DNA of 64,000 nucleotides from a virus. The notes under the pieces are model-generated. The model saw nothing but the letters and a program-made list of their open reading frames with translations. It was not told where the DNA came from and searched no databases. Every line of letters starts with the position of its first letter. Position 1 is the stretch's first letter. Positions 16,090-24,328 of the stretch are shown here, piece after piece. The position numbers were made by a program, and so were the translations under genes. The stretch spans positions 32,001-96,000 of the IMG/VR virus record IMGVR_UViG_3300013114_000583. One strand, written 5' to 3'.

Positions 16090-16255
16090 TAATAACTCCT
16101 ATACTTGGATGCCCCGGACAAAACCATCCGTCGCCGTCTCCGGTTTGCCACCTAATGAAAACGTGAGTAAGCGTAACTTGATGTACGATACCGATGTCTG
16201 TCGTAACGCAATCACTATACTCGGTATACCACTGGACTAAATCACCGACTTTCAC
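16076..16255 (-). CDS. MKVGDLV-family mini-protein
   Basis: GTG start at junction 16255; ends VISEGR. Confidence 0.85.
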   Translation of the reverse strand: MKVGDLVQWYTEYSDCVTTDIGIVHQVTLTHVFIRWQTGDGDGWFCPGHPSIGVISEGR

Positions 16256-16451
16256 TGACAGCCTCGCAACAACTTGTGACAAACCATTTGATCCCCTTGT
16301 CGGCTGTCAACACTTTTAGTGTGCCGCCTTCCTCATTATCATACAGAACAATACCAACTTGATCGACTGGCTTTTCATATTTGATACGAGCGGCGTAGTT
16401 GGGGTGGTTACGTGGCGCATAATTGTAAACCACCAAATCACCGACTTTCAT
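16242..16451 (-). CDS. MKVGDLV-family mini-protein
   Basis: Ends EAVSESR. Confidence 0.85.
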   Translation of the reverse strand: MKVGDLVVYNYAPRNHPNYAARIKYEKPVDQVGIVLYDNEEGGTLKVLTADKGIKWFVTSCCEAVSESR

Positions 16452-16626
16452 TGATGACCTCCAGGTGTACTCTGCAAGCTGCCCAAGCCCTCCCGCGGGT
16501 GTCCAAGATACTTACCATATCTAAAGTCGGCAGAAACCTTGTGATGAGGTATACACCGCCGGGAAAGTCAGAGCGCGCAAAACCGAGCTTACGCGGAACA
16601 TGTTGTACTAAATCGCCAACCTTCAC
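16438..16626 (-). CDS. MKVGDLV-family mini-protein
   Basis: Ends LEVINESR. Confidence 0.85.
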   Translation of the reverse strand: MKVGDLVQHVPRKLGFARSDFPGGVYLITRFLPTLDMVSILDTRGRAWAACRVHLEVINESR

Positions 16627-16819
16627 TTACAACCTCCAAGTCTTCTTCGTTATAGTCTTCAACGCCACAGCTAGGATCATCATACCACTCGACTCTAAAC
16701 AAATCATAGCACTGGTACCCACCGCAAATTTTCTTCGGCATGTACCCAATGATCATGCCAAGCGTATCATACTGGGTTTCTTTGCAGTCAATGAAATGAA
16801 CAAGGTCGCCAGGGATCAT
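16589..16819 (-). CDS. MKVGDLV-family mini-protein
   Basis: MIPGDLV; reads through a junction with CGA in place of TGA (VVSEGWR...). Confidence 0.8.
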   Translation of the reverse strand: MIPGDLVHFIDCKETQYDTLGMIIGYMPKKICGGYQCYDLFRVEWYDDPSCGVEDYNEEDLEVVSEGWRFSTTCSA

Positions 16820-16835
16820 AACTTAATAACCCCCC

Positions 16836-17063
16836 TCACTTAACATACATCAGGTCTTTTCTGGTGTTGGAGCGTTCGTAAGACCAGCTCCGGCGGGGAT
16901 GGGTCCAGCTGCTCCGCATCCACTGGACTATGTAATCATCGGCCCACGGTTGTGAATACTCAACCACTCTGGTGATCAGACCAATGTCATCGTGGTCGAT
17001 CCATTCTGCACGTTTTCTTTTCCGGCCATACGCCGATAGCTTCACTAAATCACCGCACTTCAT
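16836..17063 (-). CDS. MKVGDLV-family mini-protein (LSAYG subtype)
   Basis: Start MKCGDLVKLSAYG at 17063. Confidence 0.85.
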   Translation of the reverse strand: MKCGDLVKLSAYGRKRKRAEWIDHDDIGLITRVVEYSQPWADDYIVQWMRSSWTHPRRSWSYERSNTRKDLMYVK

Positions 17064-17220
17064 AAACACGCTCCAGTTCTCTCTTTGGCCACCACTCAGA
17101 ATGGCCCTTATCCGTAAACGTAACCTTGACGAGGTGTCCGTCGAGGCCAAGAATTATCCCAACAACGGGCTTCTTGTCTGCCCAATCATCAACATGATAA
17201 ACCAAATCGCCACACTTCAC
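17050..17220 (-). CDS. MKVGDLV-family mini-protein, 56 aa (not in track)
   Basis: MKCGDLVYHVDDWADKKPVVGIILGLDGHLVKVTFTDKGHSEWWPKRELERVYEVR. Confidence 0.85.
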   Translation of the reverse strand: MKCGDLVYHVDDWADKKPVVGIILGLDGHLVKVTFTDKGHSEWWPKRELERVYEVR

Positions 17221-17390
17221 TCTTCGTCCCTACCATATAACTCATCAATACGTTTTTGTCGAAGATATTCTTTTATTAACTCGCGGCGGAACTCTTCCGC
17301 TTGCGAGGTGTGGCGCGCATAGGACGCCATGCGTGACAAAACATAAACACCCGCCACCAACACCACTAAAATAGCTATTCCTCCATCCAT
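17217..17390 (-). CDS. small membrane protein, 57 aa (not in track)
   Basis: MDGGIAILVVLVAGVYVLSR...; GTGA overlap with the next gene. Confidence 0.65.
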   Translation of the reverse strand: MDGGIAILVVLVAGVYVLSRMASYARHTSQAEEFRRELIKEYLRQKRIDELYGRDEE

Positions 17391-17641
17391 ACCACTTCCT
17401 CTCCTCTCATAACCCTTCTCACATATGATTCAAATGGCGTTTTATCAGGCAATTGCCATAAGGCCTCTTCAGCACACCAAACAAAAGTAACAGATTTTTG
17501 TATATTGTCTTGAAACCGCACAGAGAATATGCTTCGATCTGGATATGTTTCTGAAGACACATCGCTTGCCTTAAAAATTACGCCGACTTGTTCTTTGTCA
17601 CCACGCAAAGCGACAACACAATCCCCTATTTGAAATTTCAA
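17375..17641 (-). CDS. SH3/KOW-like protein (family member)
   Basis: FQIGDCVV...GVIF...FSVRF...WCAEEAL. Confidence 0.75.
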   Translation of the reverse strand: MKFQIGDCVVALRGDKEQVGVIFKASDVSSETYPDRSIFSVRFQDNIQKSVTFVWCAEEALWQLPDKTPFESYVRRVMRGEEVVWMEE

Positions 17642-17985
17642 AATGCAATGCTCCTGCTAATGTACATATCCGATTCCCAGAAACACCCTCTAGACTCGTT
17701 GTCATCGCTGTCGTCCCCGATTCGAAGAAAGTAATAGTCATCTTCAGAAATATTATTCATAAAAGTTTCCACCATATCTATTTCGTTATAGCCTTCATAC
17801 CACTTAACATGTGACCAGAGAAACTTAGTCGTGCACCCACCAAGAACCTCTTCAGGTTCCCATCCGCGCGATTCATCGGCATTATCAAAAAACTCTTTTA
17901 GCTCGGTATTATGCTCGCAAAGCTCTTTTAAGAGTATCGCGGCATCTGTGACCAAAGCAAGTGCTACTTCTGAGCGGTAACCCAT
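17638..17985 (-). CDS. conserved phage hypothetical protein
   Basis: MGYRSEV...VKWY...FLRIGDDSDDNE; start reassigned to 17985. Confidence 0.8.
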   Translation of the reverse strand: MGYRSEVALALVTDAAILLKELCEHNTELKEFFDNADESRGWEPEEVLGGCTTKFLWSHVKWYEGYNEIDMVETFMNNISEDDYYFLRIGDDSDDNESRGCFWESDMYISRSIAF

Positions 17986-17986
17986 G

Positions 17987-18244
17987 TCAATTACTCGTAA
18001 GAATTGGGAAATGGCCAATACTTCCCAAATATCCAATTAAAAGCATCGTACTTAAAAACGTAACCATGCGACCAGTAGCTAGAGCTATCGTCGAAACAGT
18101 CAATACAGCCAAAATTGCAAGAATGTCATGTGTAGACGGAACAAATAAAACAACCGACATGCAAAATAGCATTGTCACTAAATATAAATAAGATTCATAT
18201 ACTGCTTTTCCCGAACCCTTTAGAAAATCGAAAAAACTCTCCAC
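17987..18244 (-). CDS. membrane protein
   Basis: Three hydrophobic segments; AAGGTG SD. Confidence 0.65.
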   Translation of the reverse strand: MESFFDFLKGSGKAVYESYLYLVTMLFCMSVVLFVPSTHDILAILAVLTVSTIALATGRMVTFLSTMLLIGYLGSIGHFPILTSN

Positions 18245-18273
18245 TTAATTCACCTTCTTTTCAATAAGTTATG

Positions 18274-18483
18274 TTAATTTTTCTTCAAATTGTTGGAGTT
18301 ATCTTCCTCTCGAATGACTCTCCATCTTTTCGACGGCCACCATCGTGCATATCCAGCGTTATCCAAGACAAAAAGATCCTCAATTTCGTTAATATCCAAA
18401 ACCAAGCCCCAACTCATTAGGCTTTCGTATTCATCAGAGTTTATGATGTAACAAGCCACAAGGTCACCTTTTTTGATGTGCAT
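18274..18483 (-). CDS. MKVGDLV-family mini-protein
   Basis: IKKGDLV...GLVLDI...WW. Confidence 0.75.
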   Translation of the reverse strand: MHIKKGDLVACYIINSDEYESLMSWGLVLDINEIEDLFVLDNAGYARWWPSKRWRVIREEDNSNNLKKN

Positions 18484-18490
18484 GAAATAA

Positions 18491-18916
18491 TTAGTCCCTG
18501 GTTAGCCATTTAACCCTTGTGCCCATTATGTGATCCATCAGCGGACACAACACACACCAGTTGGCATTCTGGTTCCTGCCCATGTGGTGCTCATAATGCC
18601 AAGGCATCCACTTCTTAAAGAAAGCTACGTGTTGATGAGTTTTGCGATGCAATACCATATAAGCGAACGCATAGATTATTACAGTTGTCGTAAACGGTAT
18701 CGAAACTAAAAATAGAGGCAGGTGTAGCACAATCGCAGCTAGAGTAATCCAAGTTTCATTGTGAAATATTTTTGTTTTATAATCTGAATCATGATTTTTA
18801 TTAGCTCTGGAGATCTTGTGGTGCTTCCAATGAAATTTGAATCGCGACTTACCCTTTGGTTTATGCAATAATATGTGGGCAGCCCAATCAATAAAATTGG
18901 CATACAGGAAGCCCAA
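18491..18916 (-). CDS. fatty acid hydroxylase / sterol desaturase family protein
   Basis: His boxes HILLH, HWKHH, HRKTH and HYEHH; TM helices; NWCVLCPLMDHIMGT; true start may be slightly upstream. Confidence 0.85.
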   Translation of the reverse strand: MGFLYANFIDWAAHILLHKPKGKSRFKFHWKHHKISRANKNHDSDYKTKIFHNETWITLAAIVLHLPLFLVSIPFTTTVIIYAFAYMVLHRKTHQHVAFFKKWMPWHYEHHMGRNQNANWCVLCPLMDHIMGTRVKWLTRD

Positions 18917-19350
18917 GACTATTGCGGTCGTTACCCCAAGCTAGTACCCTCTGTTGGTGGAAAGTGTGTAAGATTTCACACACCTATATTAACTACTCAT
19001 CGACGACCAAAATTACCATTAAAAACACAAAAATAATAAACAAGGCTGTGATGCCTTTCCATATCGTTACCCAATCCATCAACATCTTTTATTCCTATCA
19101 GGGTTCTTGGGGCAGGCTGTCCTCGCCGCCTATGCCTCTCGCCAGCCTATGTCTAATTTTGTCCTTCTTTCTCAAATGCTCGACGTAGCAGCCCAGCAAA
19201 TGAACGTTGAACGCGGTTATAGGCAATCGCGCTATATTTCTAATATATATATCCAAGAACCCGCCGGGGAACACAACATAACCTCATATATTAAACTCTA
19301 GTTATGTTGTGGTATTGACCAACCGACACCACGCTCAACACATGGTTTTC

Positions 19351-20625
19351 TCAATCAATGGCAACAACTCTTTCGTTAGTGGTGAAATACGGACGTCGTG
19401 CATGTTCAAGCGTAGTCATCCACATTCGTTGGCACTTACTTGGTTTTGGTTTCGGAGCACACAGGTCAGTCAATACAATATGACCATCAAACTTGCCAGC
19501 ATTGTTAACATACTCAGTAGGAGCATTAAAATCAGTGCCTCCGCACATAACTCTCTCCTTTTCAACTTTTTTGCCTTTCTTCCAGGTCCAGATCAAATCC
19601 TCTTCAACTCGGGTATCGAACGGAATCACAGTAAACTCCGCGATTTCTGCTAACTTATTAAGTTCAGCAAAAAACTTACCAAGCATTTCATTGGAAACCG
19701 AACCAGACTGATCAATCGAAATAGCCACTTTAGCTACTCGATTGGACTTTTTGCCGGGATGAATATAGGCATAACGACGATTGATACGCTTAATCGAAGA
19801 AGACCTATTAGCCTTCTGACTCGCCTTGACAAAATACCGAAGAACTTTTTTCCAATCAATCTTTGTTTCAAGCACCTTCATAATCTTTTGGCGTGTATTC
19901 GCAGGAATGGAGCCCCAACTATTATTCGCCGCACATTCGTCAGACGCTTTTTTAATAATTTCCTTCAAACGCTCTTTCGCCATTTCTTTCACTTCCTGGT
20001 CGCACTTACCCCAGCCGCTATGATCATCAAGACTATCAGGAATACTCCCTTGGTCTTGGCCAGGGTCTCCACTAGAGTCCCCAGGTGGTTCTTGACCAGA
20101 GCCACCGGGTGCACTATCATCACCTTTACCGCTGCCACCACCCTGGGGGTTCTTTTGAAAATCCGGCAAGTTAGCAAGATACCACTCAGCGGATTGGCCG
20201 CGAGGCAAATTCTCAAAAGGAGAGCCCTTCTCGCCGGGAATCAACCCACCAGGAGGCAAGTGGTGAAGATGCGAATTGATAGCAAGATCAGTTGCCACGT
20301 TCCAAAGTTTCATCTTAACGCCGACAGGGAGACGATCAGTGACATGAAGAAAAAGAATGTGATAGTATTCATGTTTAAGGACGTCTCTGCGCTGCTCGTC
20401 AGTTAACCCAGCAAAAAACTCGGGATTATACAACATTTCAAATTGTGCTGTTTCTGGATTTACCATAACACCAGCAGTAGGCAAAGCATAAGATGCCCTT
20501 TTATCAATACGTCGAGAAATGGCCGCAAAGAACGGCTCATCCATCAAAAGACGAGCAGTGTGAATATTTAAATCAAACTCCTCGCGAGGAACTTTAGAAC
20601 CATTAAACATATCGCGGTCAGCCAT
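19351..20625 (-). CDS. DUF2201-type putative metallopeptidase plus VWA domain protein
   Basis: HEYYH, WNVATDLAIN, Gly/Pro linker, IDQSGS MIDAS, GGTDF, VLTD. Confidence 0.88.
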   Translation of the reverse strand: MADRDMFNGSKVPREEFDLNIHTARLLMDEPFFAAISRRIDKRASYALPTAGVMVNPETAQFEMLYNPEFFAGLTDEQRRDVLKHEYYHILFLHVTDRLPVGVKMKLWNVATDLAINSHLHHLPPGGLIPGEKGSPFENLPRGQSAEWYLANLPDFQKNPQGGGSGKGDDSAPGGSGQEPPGDSSGDPGQDQGSIPDSLDDHSGWGKCDQEVKEMAKERLKEIIKKASDECAANNSWGSIPANTRQKIMKVLETKIDWKKVLRYFVKASQKANRSSSIKRINRRYAYIHPGKKSNRVAKVAISIDQSGSVSNEMLGKFFAELNKLAEIAEFTVIPFDTRVEEDLIWTWKKGKKVEKERVMCGGTDFNAPTEYVNNAGKFDGHIVLTDLCAPKPKPSKCQRMWMTTLEHARRPYFTTNERVVAID

Positions 20626-20627
20626 CG

Positions 20628-21704
20628 TTATTCACCAGACTCCTGGTCACCGGCGAGAATTCGCACAAGATAATCAGAAACTGAGTTGCCATCAACTTCA
20701 GACTGGTGCAATTTAATAGTGTTATTGAGAGCACCATTTCCCAGCACAGACCACAACTTCATTGCAACCTCTGAAGGGAGCATTATAAAATAACGAGCAA
20801 GGTTGTCAACATTTGCTTGTTCCAGCTCTTCTTTAAAAGACTCAGCGGCTTCAAACTTTTCAATTAGAGCGGTGTGATCATTGATCCCAAAATCAGCAAC
20901 CTTATCAAACTTACCGTGAACAAGAATATCTTCAACAGTAACTTGACGATCATAGTTTCCGATAAAATCGTTAAAAGCAACAGCGGCTTCAAAACCAACA
21001 AATGAACCTGCCAAGTGATATAACGTCGGACTAGACTCTAAACTTTCACCCAGCAAACCAGCAGAAGCCAAACAAGAATCAAGACGCTCCCAAGAACGGC
21101 GTGATGGATAAACTTTATTTGGCTCAAAGTCATCAGAGTGCTCAAGGTGCGCACGGTTTTGATTGATAAAATCCCAAGTTACATCAGTGATCTGGTTATC
21201 TTTTGCCCAAGATAACCAGTCTTCAGTAGAAGGCTCAACATCAAATACCGTCCAGCGATCCAACTCGGCGGGATCCATTTCGCCAACCTGATATTGCGCA
21301 CCATGATCACCACCATTAACAGCAGCAAAAATAAGAGTACCGGCATGTAGGCTATGGCCGTTCAATTTACGAGAATCTGTCAACTCAAAAATTCCTTGAC
21401 GGACTTCGAGAGTAGCTCGATCAATCTCGTCGAGAAATAAGATAACAGGCTCGTCGCAAGCTCGTTTGTACCAGTCCGGTGGATTGAATGAAGTGCTGTT
21501 ACCTTTAATAACAGGCAGCCCAACCAAATCACCCTCAGTCATCTGAGAGGCGCGCCTCTCTACCACAGGTAAGTCAATCTTTTTAGCATATTGGTAAACC
21601 ACCGTAGACTTACCAATACCGTGACGACCACGAAGCAAAACAGGTTTACGAACATCAGTAACATGATGAACGATTGCGGAAAATGTCTTGAAATCAACTG
21701 CCAT
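20628..21704 (-). CDS. MoxR-like AAA+ ATPase
   Basis: Walker A GRHGIGKS, Walker B ILFLDEIDR, MDPAELDRW, PSRRSW. Confidence 0.9.
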   Translation of the reverse strand: MAVDFKTFSAIVHHVTDVRKPVLLRGRHGIGKSTVVYQYAKKIDLPVVERRASQMTEGDLVGLPVIKGNSTSFNPPDWYKRACDEPVILFLDEIDRATLEVRQGIFELTDSRKLNGHSLHAGTLIFAAVNGGDHGAQYQVGEMDPAELDRWTVFDVEPSTEDWLSWAKDNQITDVTWDFINQNRAHLEHSDDFEPNKVYPSRRSWERLDSCLASAGLLGESLESSPTLYHLAGSFVGFEAAVAFNDFIGNYDRQVTVEDILVHGKFDKVADFGINDHTALIEKFEAAESFKEELEQANVDNLARYFIMLPSEVAMKLWSVLGNGALNNTIKLHQSEVDGNSVSDYLVRILAGDQESGE

Positions 21705-21760
21705 TGAAAATATCTCCTTTTAACGTGAGCAGTTCTTGTCAACCTCTACTGTATATAAAT

Positions 21761-21789
21761 AGTATGCCACGGATTGCTCTCGATGTCAA
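21761..21789 (-). promoter_or_regulatory. sigma70 promoter for the AAA/VWA pair
   Basis: TTGACA-17-CATACT. Confidence 0.7.
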
Positions 21790-21808
21790 TACTTATTTTT
21801 AATAATTT

Positions 21809-22411
21809 TTATGAAAGTTCTACTATTTTTGCAAAGCCCAGCCTCTGAACAGAATCAAGCCCACATTGCGACAATTTAATTGCTAAAGGAAGATCAAGGT
21901 TCGGGTGTTTCGCCATGTTCTCAAGCTGATATCTAGGGTGGCTACCATAATAATAATTATTGTTTTTATTCGCGTCCATGGAAAATTTTCTTGGATCGTA
22001 GCGATCATCATAAATTTTGTTCAACAAATCAGACGGCGTAGCAGAGTTTTGGCGTTGATGGCGATACCAGTAACCGCCAAAAAAAGCCTGCGACATACGC
22101 CAGCCTGATCGTGACCACGCGCCGGGGTATTTTTCATACAATTCCCAATACTTTTCTGGTTCATTTATGAAGTGACCTTGTTGAATCATTGTAGTTTTGA
22201 GCGTATAACCTTTGTTACACTCGTCGGACCACAAATAGTCTCTTACTTGTTCGGTCAACCCATCATTCTGCGCAAGATAACAATGAGCGCGAGTGTAATG
22301 CCACTTTGCAATGGCCATCTGCACACTTCCTGGGAGCCAGCGATTCTTTGCAAGACCGATGATCTCATCGTTTCGCATCTTGTGAATATTATCTATTAAT
22401 TGTCTAGACAT
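21809..22411 (-). CDS. hypothetical helical-repeat protein (LRV-like)
   Basis: Repeated LAKN / LAQN / MAKHPNL units. Confidence 0.7.
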   Translation of the reverse strand: MSRQLIDNIHKMRNDEIIGLAKNRWLPGSVQMAIAKWHYTRAHCYLAQNDGLTEQVRDYLWSDECNKGYTLKTTMIQQGHFINEPEKYWELYEKYPGAWSRSGWRMSQAFFGGYWYRHQRQNSATPSDLLNKIYDDRYDPRKFSMDANKNNNYYYGSHPRYQLENMAKHPNLDLPLAIKLSQCGLDSVQRLGFAKIVELS

Positions 22412-22641
22412 TTTTGTTCCAATGTAATAATCAATCCTTGAAGAATTGACGTGATATGATGCTTGTTATAGCCCCAACAAGGGGCTGGTTCCACCCTAAT
22501 ATGAACAATCGCATCGGTAATGGCATCTCGGACATGCCGCAAAGTTATGGCACCATCTAATTTTTTATCAGGCGGTGGCTGATCCGGGTGTGTTTCAAAC
22601 GGATTAATTTTCATTTTGTTGCCAAGAAGAATGAAAATCAT
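22396..22641 (-). CDS. hypothetical protein
   Basis: ORF in gene run; start possibly at MKINPFE. Confidence 0.55.
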   Translation of the reverse strand: MIFILLGNKMKINPFETHPDQPPPDKKLDGAITLRHVRDAITDAIVHIRVEPAPCWGYNKHHITSILQGLIITLEQKCLDN

Positions 22642-23455
22642 TATATTCTTCTTTTCTTATAACACTCCATTCCTCGTGAGAGAGGGAGCGTCTTTCCTTC
22701 TCAAAGTCGCTGGCGCGCGGTCCTGGGTTGAGATTAAACCTGTCTTTCAGATGATTTGAAATCGTCTCCAGAAGAGAAGGAGGGCCCTCAACACTCCCGA
22801 CAGGACCAACAAGCTCGTAAGCAGTGACTTGATCTGAGCTTAAATCAAGGTCTTCATTAAAGACTGGTTGCAAAATTTGATGAAGGCCGATGGCAGTTAA
22901 AGACTTTACCTCATTGAAAGATGGGGGGCCATAGTAGCGACCGGGCTCATCATCATAACCAAAAGAAGATACAACCCTCGCTGTTGCAAGAGCGCGCTCG
23001 CGGTTACGCCAATCCTTCGCTATGTTTGTATCCTTTAGGAGAAAATCTACATTTGGCCAATCAATCTTGGTCACCATAGCGACCCAGCCCTTGGACCAGG
23101 GACCGCCCTGGTCACTGCGTGAACCGGTGGGGACCTTCACAAGCGCGCCTGGGCCAAAACCAGCAGAGCTTGTCACCTGATGGAATTCATGGCGATACTC
23201 CTCTTGCCTCTTAGTGATGAGCTTCCGGTCTTCTTTTAGCAAAGCGCAGCCCCTTCGGTTATGTTTTGGTTCTTTGCAATAAGAGCAGACGCGGCTTTCG
23301 ATCTGCCTTTTGCGCTCTTCTTGTTCTCTGTGCCAAGCGCGGCCGATGTACCCATCAGGGTTTTCAAGGGCAATTTTGCGCCTATCGGGACAGCCAAGGC
23401 GATTATGGCCAGGCTGGTAGCAATGGCCGCAGCGTACAGTTCCATTCCAACTCAT
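22604..23455 (-). CDS. double CCHC zinc-knuckle protein
   Basis: CGHCYQPGHNRLGC and CSYCKEPKHNRRGC, then FGPGALVKV (SH3-like start). Confidence 0.85.
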   Translation of the reverse strand: MSWNGTVRCGHCYQPGHNRLGCPDRRKIALENPDGYIGRAWHREQEERKRQIESRVCSYCKEPKHNRRGCALLKEDRKLITKRQEEYRHEFHQVTSSAGFGPGALVKVPTGSRSDQGGPWSKGWVAMVTKIDWPNVDFLLKDTNIAKDWRNRERALATARVVSSFGYDDEPGRYYGPPSFNEVKSLTAIGLHQILQPVFNEDLDLSSDQVTAYELVGPVGSVEGPPSLLETISNHLKDRFNLNPGPRASDFEKERRSLSHEEWSVIRKEEYNDFHSSWQQNEN

Positions 23456-23485
23456 TGAAAAAGTTCCTTTCTTTATTGTATTTAT

Positions 23486-23514
23486 ATAATATCAGATATA
23501 GCTCTGTAAGTCAA
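23486..23514 (-). promoter_or_regulatory. sigma70 promoter
   Basis: TTGACT-17-TATTAT followed by ATAAATACAATAAAGAAAGG. Confidence 0.75.
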
Positions 23515-23519
23515 TGAAA

Positions 23520-23747
23520 TTATTCATTTATTTTTGATAAGTGGGAGAGCCATTTTGCCCTCACCCATTTCACTTCAGAAGTTGTAATAAATTTTACTTT
23601 GCATTTGTATTCATCTGTATGCCACGGTGTTCTCTCGGGATAACTTACGTTCTTGTTGATTGGCTCAGTTTCGATCACAATACCACGTGCACCTGGGTTT
23701 TGATATTTCACTTCTACCAAATCGCCTACATCAAATTTTTGTCTCAT
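23520..23747 (-). CDS. MKVGDLV-family mini-protein
   Basis: Start MRQKFDVGDLVEV at 23747. Confidence 0.8.
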   Translation of the reverse strand: MRQKFDVGDLVEVKYQNPGARGIVIETEPINKNVSYPERTPWHTDEYKCKVKFITTSEVKWVRAKWLSHLSKINE

Positions 23748-23819
23748 GCCATGATAATAGCACATCATTGGACAAAAATTAAACACTTTGAGGAGGCTTT
23801 TTAATTCGTCGTCACTCAC

Positions 23820-24041
23820 TCACACCCTCTCTAAAGACCCACTAGAAAATAAACAAAGTCTTCCAGTTTCTTGGATATGAACCTCAACAAGATTTTCACC
23901 GAGGGCATCAGTATGGGAAGAAATACCCACAACAATTCCTATCTTGCCTTCCCAATCATAGATGCCAAGACCAAATGATGCACCGTGTCGAGATAGTGTC
24001 GGACGTAACTTAAGTGCCCTAACAAGAACGCCGGCGCGCAT
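23820..24041 (-). CDS. MKVGDLV-family mini-protein
   Basis: MRAGVLV...GKIGIVVG...SLERV. Confidence 0.75.
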   Translation of the reverse strand: MRAGVLVRALKLRPTLSRHGASFGLGIYDWEGKIGIVVGISSHTDALGENLVEVHIQETGRLCLFSSGSLERV

Positions 24042-24246
24042 AGTGTACCAATTCCCCTTTTTCTATCGCATTGGAAAGTTTAAGTGCTTCAGCTTCAAAT
24101 TCATTAACGAGGTGATATGCTGGATGGTTGCGTCGAGGGCTGCGCAAAACATATTTCCAGAAAATTATGCCTTCGCGCTTAAAACTTTTGATGAGAATAC
24201 CAGTAGCATTGTGAGGTTCATAATATACCATATCACCTACTCTCAT
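24019..24246 (-). CDS. MKVGDLV-family mini-protein
   Basis: Start MRVGDMV at 24246, just after tRNA-Arg. Confidence 0.75.
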   Translation of the reverse strand: MRVGDMVYYEPHNATGILIKSFKREGIIFWKYVLRSPRRNHPAYHLVNEFEAEALKLSNAIEKGELVHYARRRSC

Positions 24247-24254
24247 AGTGGTAG

Positions 24255-24328
24255 CACCCTGGGCAGGGCTCGAACCTGCGGCATTTTGATTAGAAGTCAA
24301 ACGCTCTATCCAACTGAGCTACCAGGGC
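24255..24328 (-). tRNA. trnR: tRNA-Arg(TCT)
   Basis: GCCCTGG acceptor, TTTGA-CTTCTAA-TCAAA, GGTTCGAG; no CCA. Confidence 0.93.

Larger units (their letters stand above)
10599..17220 (-). repeat. dispersed 14-nt junction repeat RTGAARGTCGGTGA (~27 copies including variants)
   Basis: Copies start at plus coordinates 10599, 10774, 10946, 11121, 11296, 11723, 11877, 12064, 12266, 12456, 12677, 12856, 13034, 13218, 13659, 13852, 14042, 14217, 16076, 16242, 16438 and 17050; degenerate copies at 13487, 14401, 16613, 16806 and 17207. Confidence 0.95.

Noticed and set aside
10599-17220. CRISPR array interpretation of the regularly spaced repeat
   Set aside because: The repeat is only ~14 nt, the intervening units are ~155-270 nt intact ORFs, and no cas genes are present.
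10218-17641. Integron or diversity-generating retroelement
   Set aside because: No attC-like palindromes, tyrosine integrase, reverse transcriptase or TR/VR pair is visible in the window.
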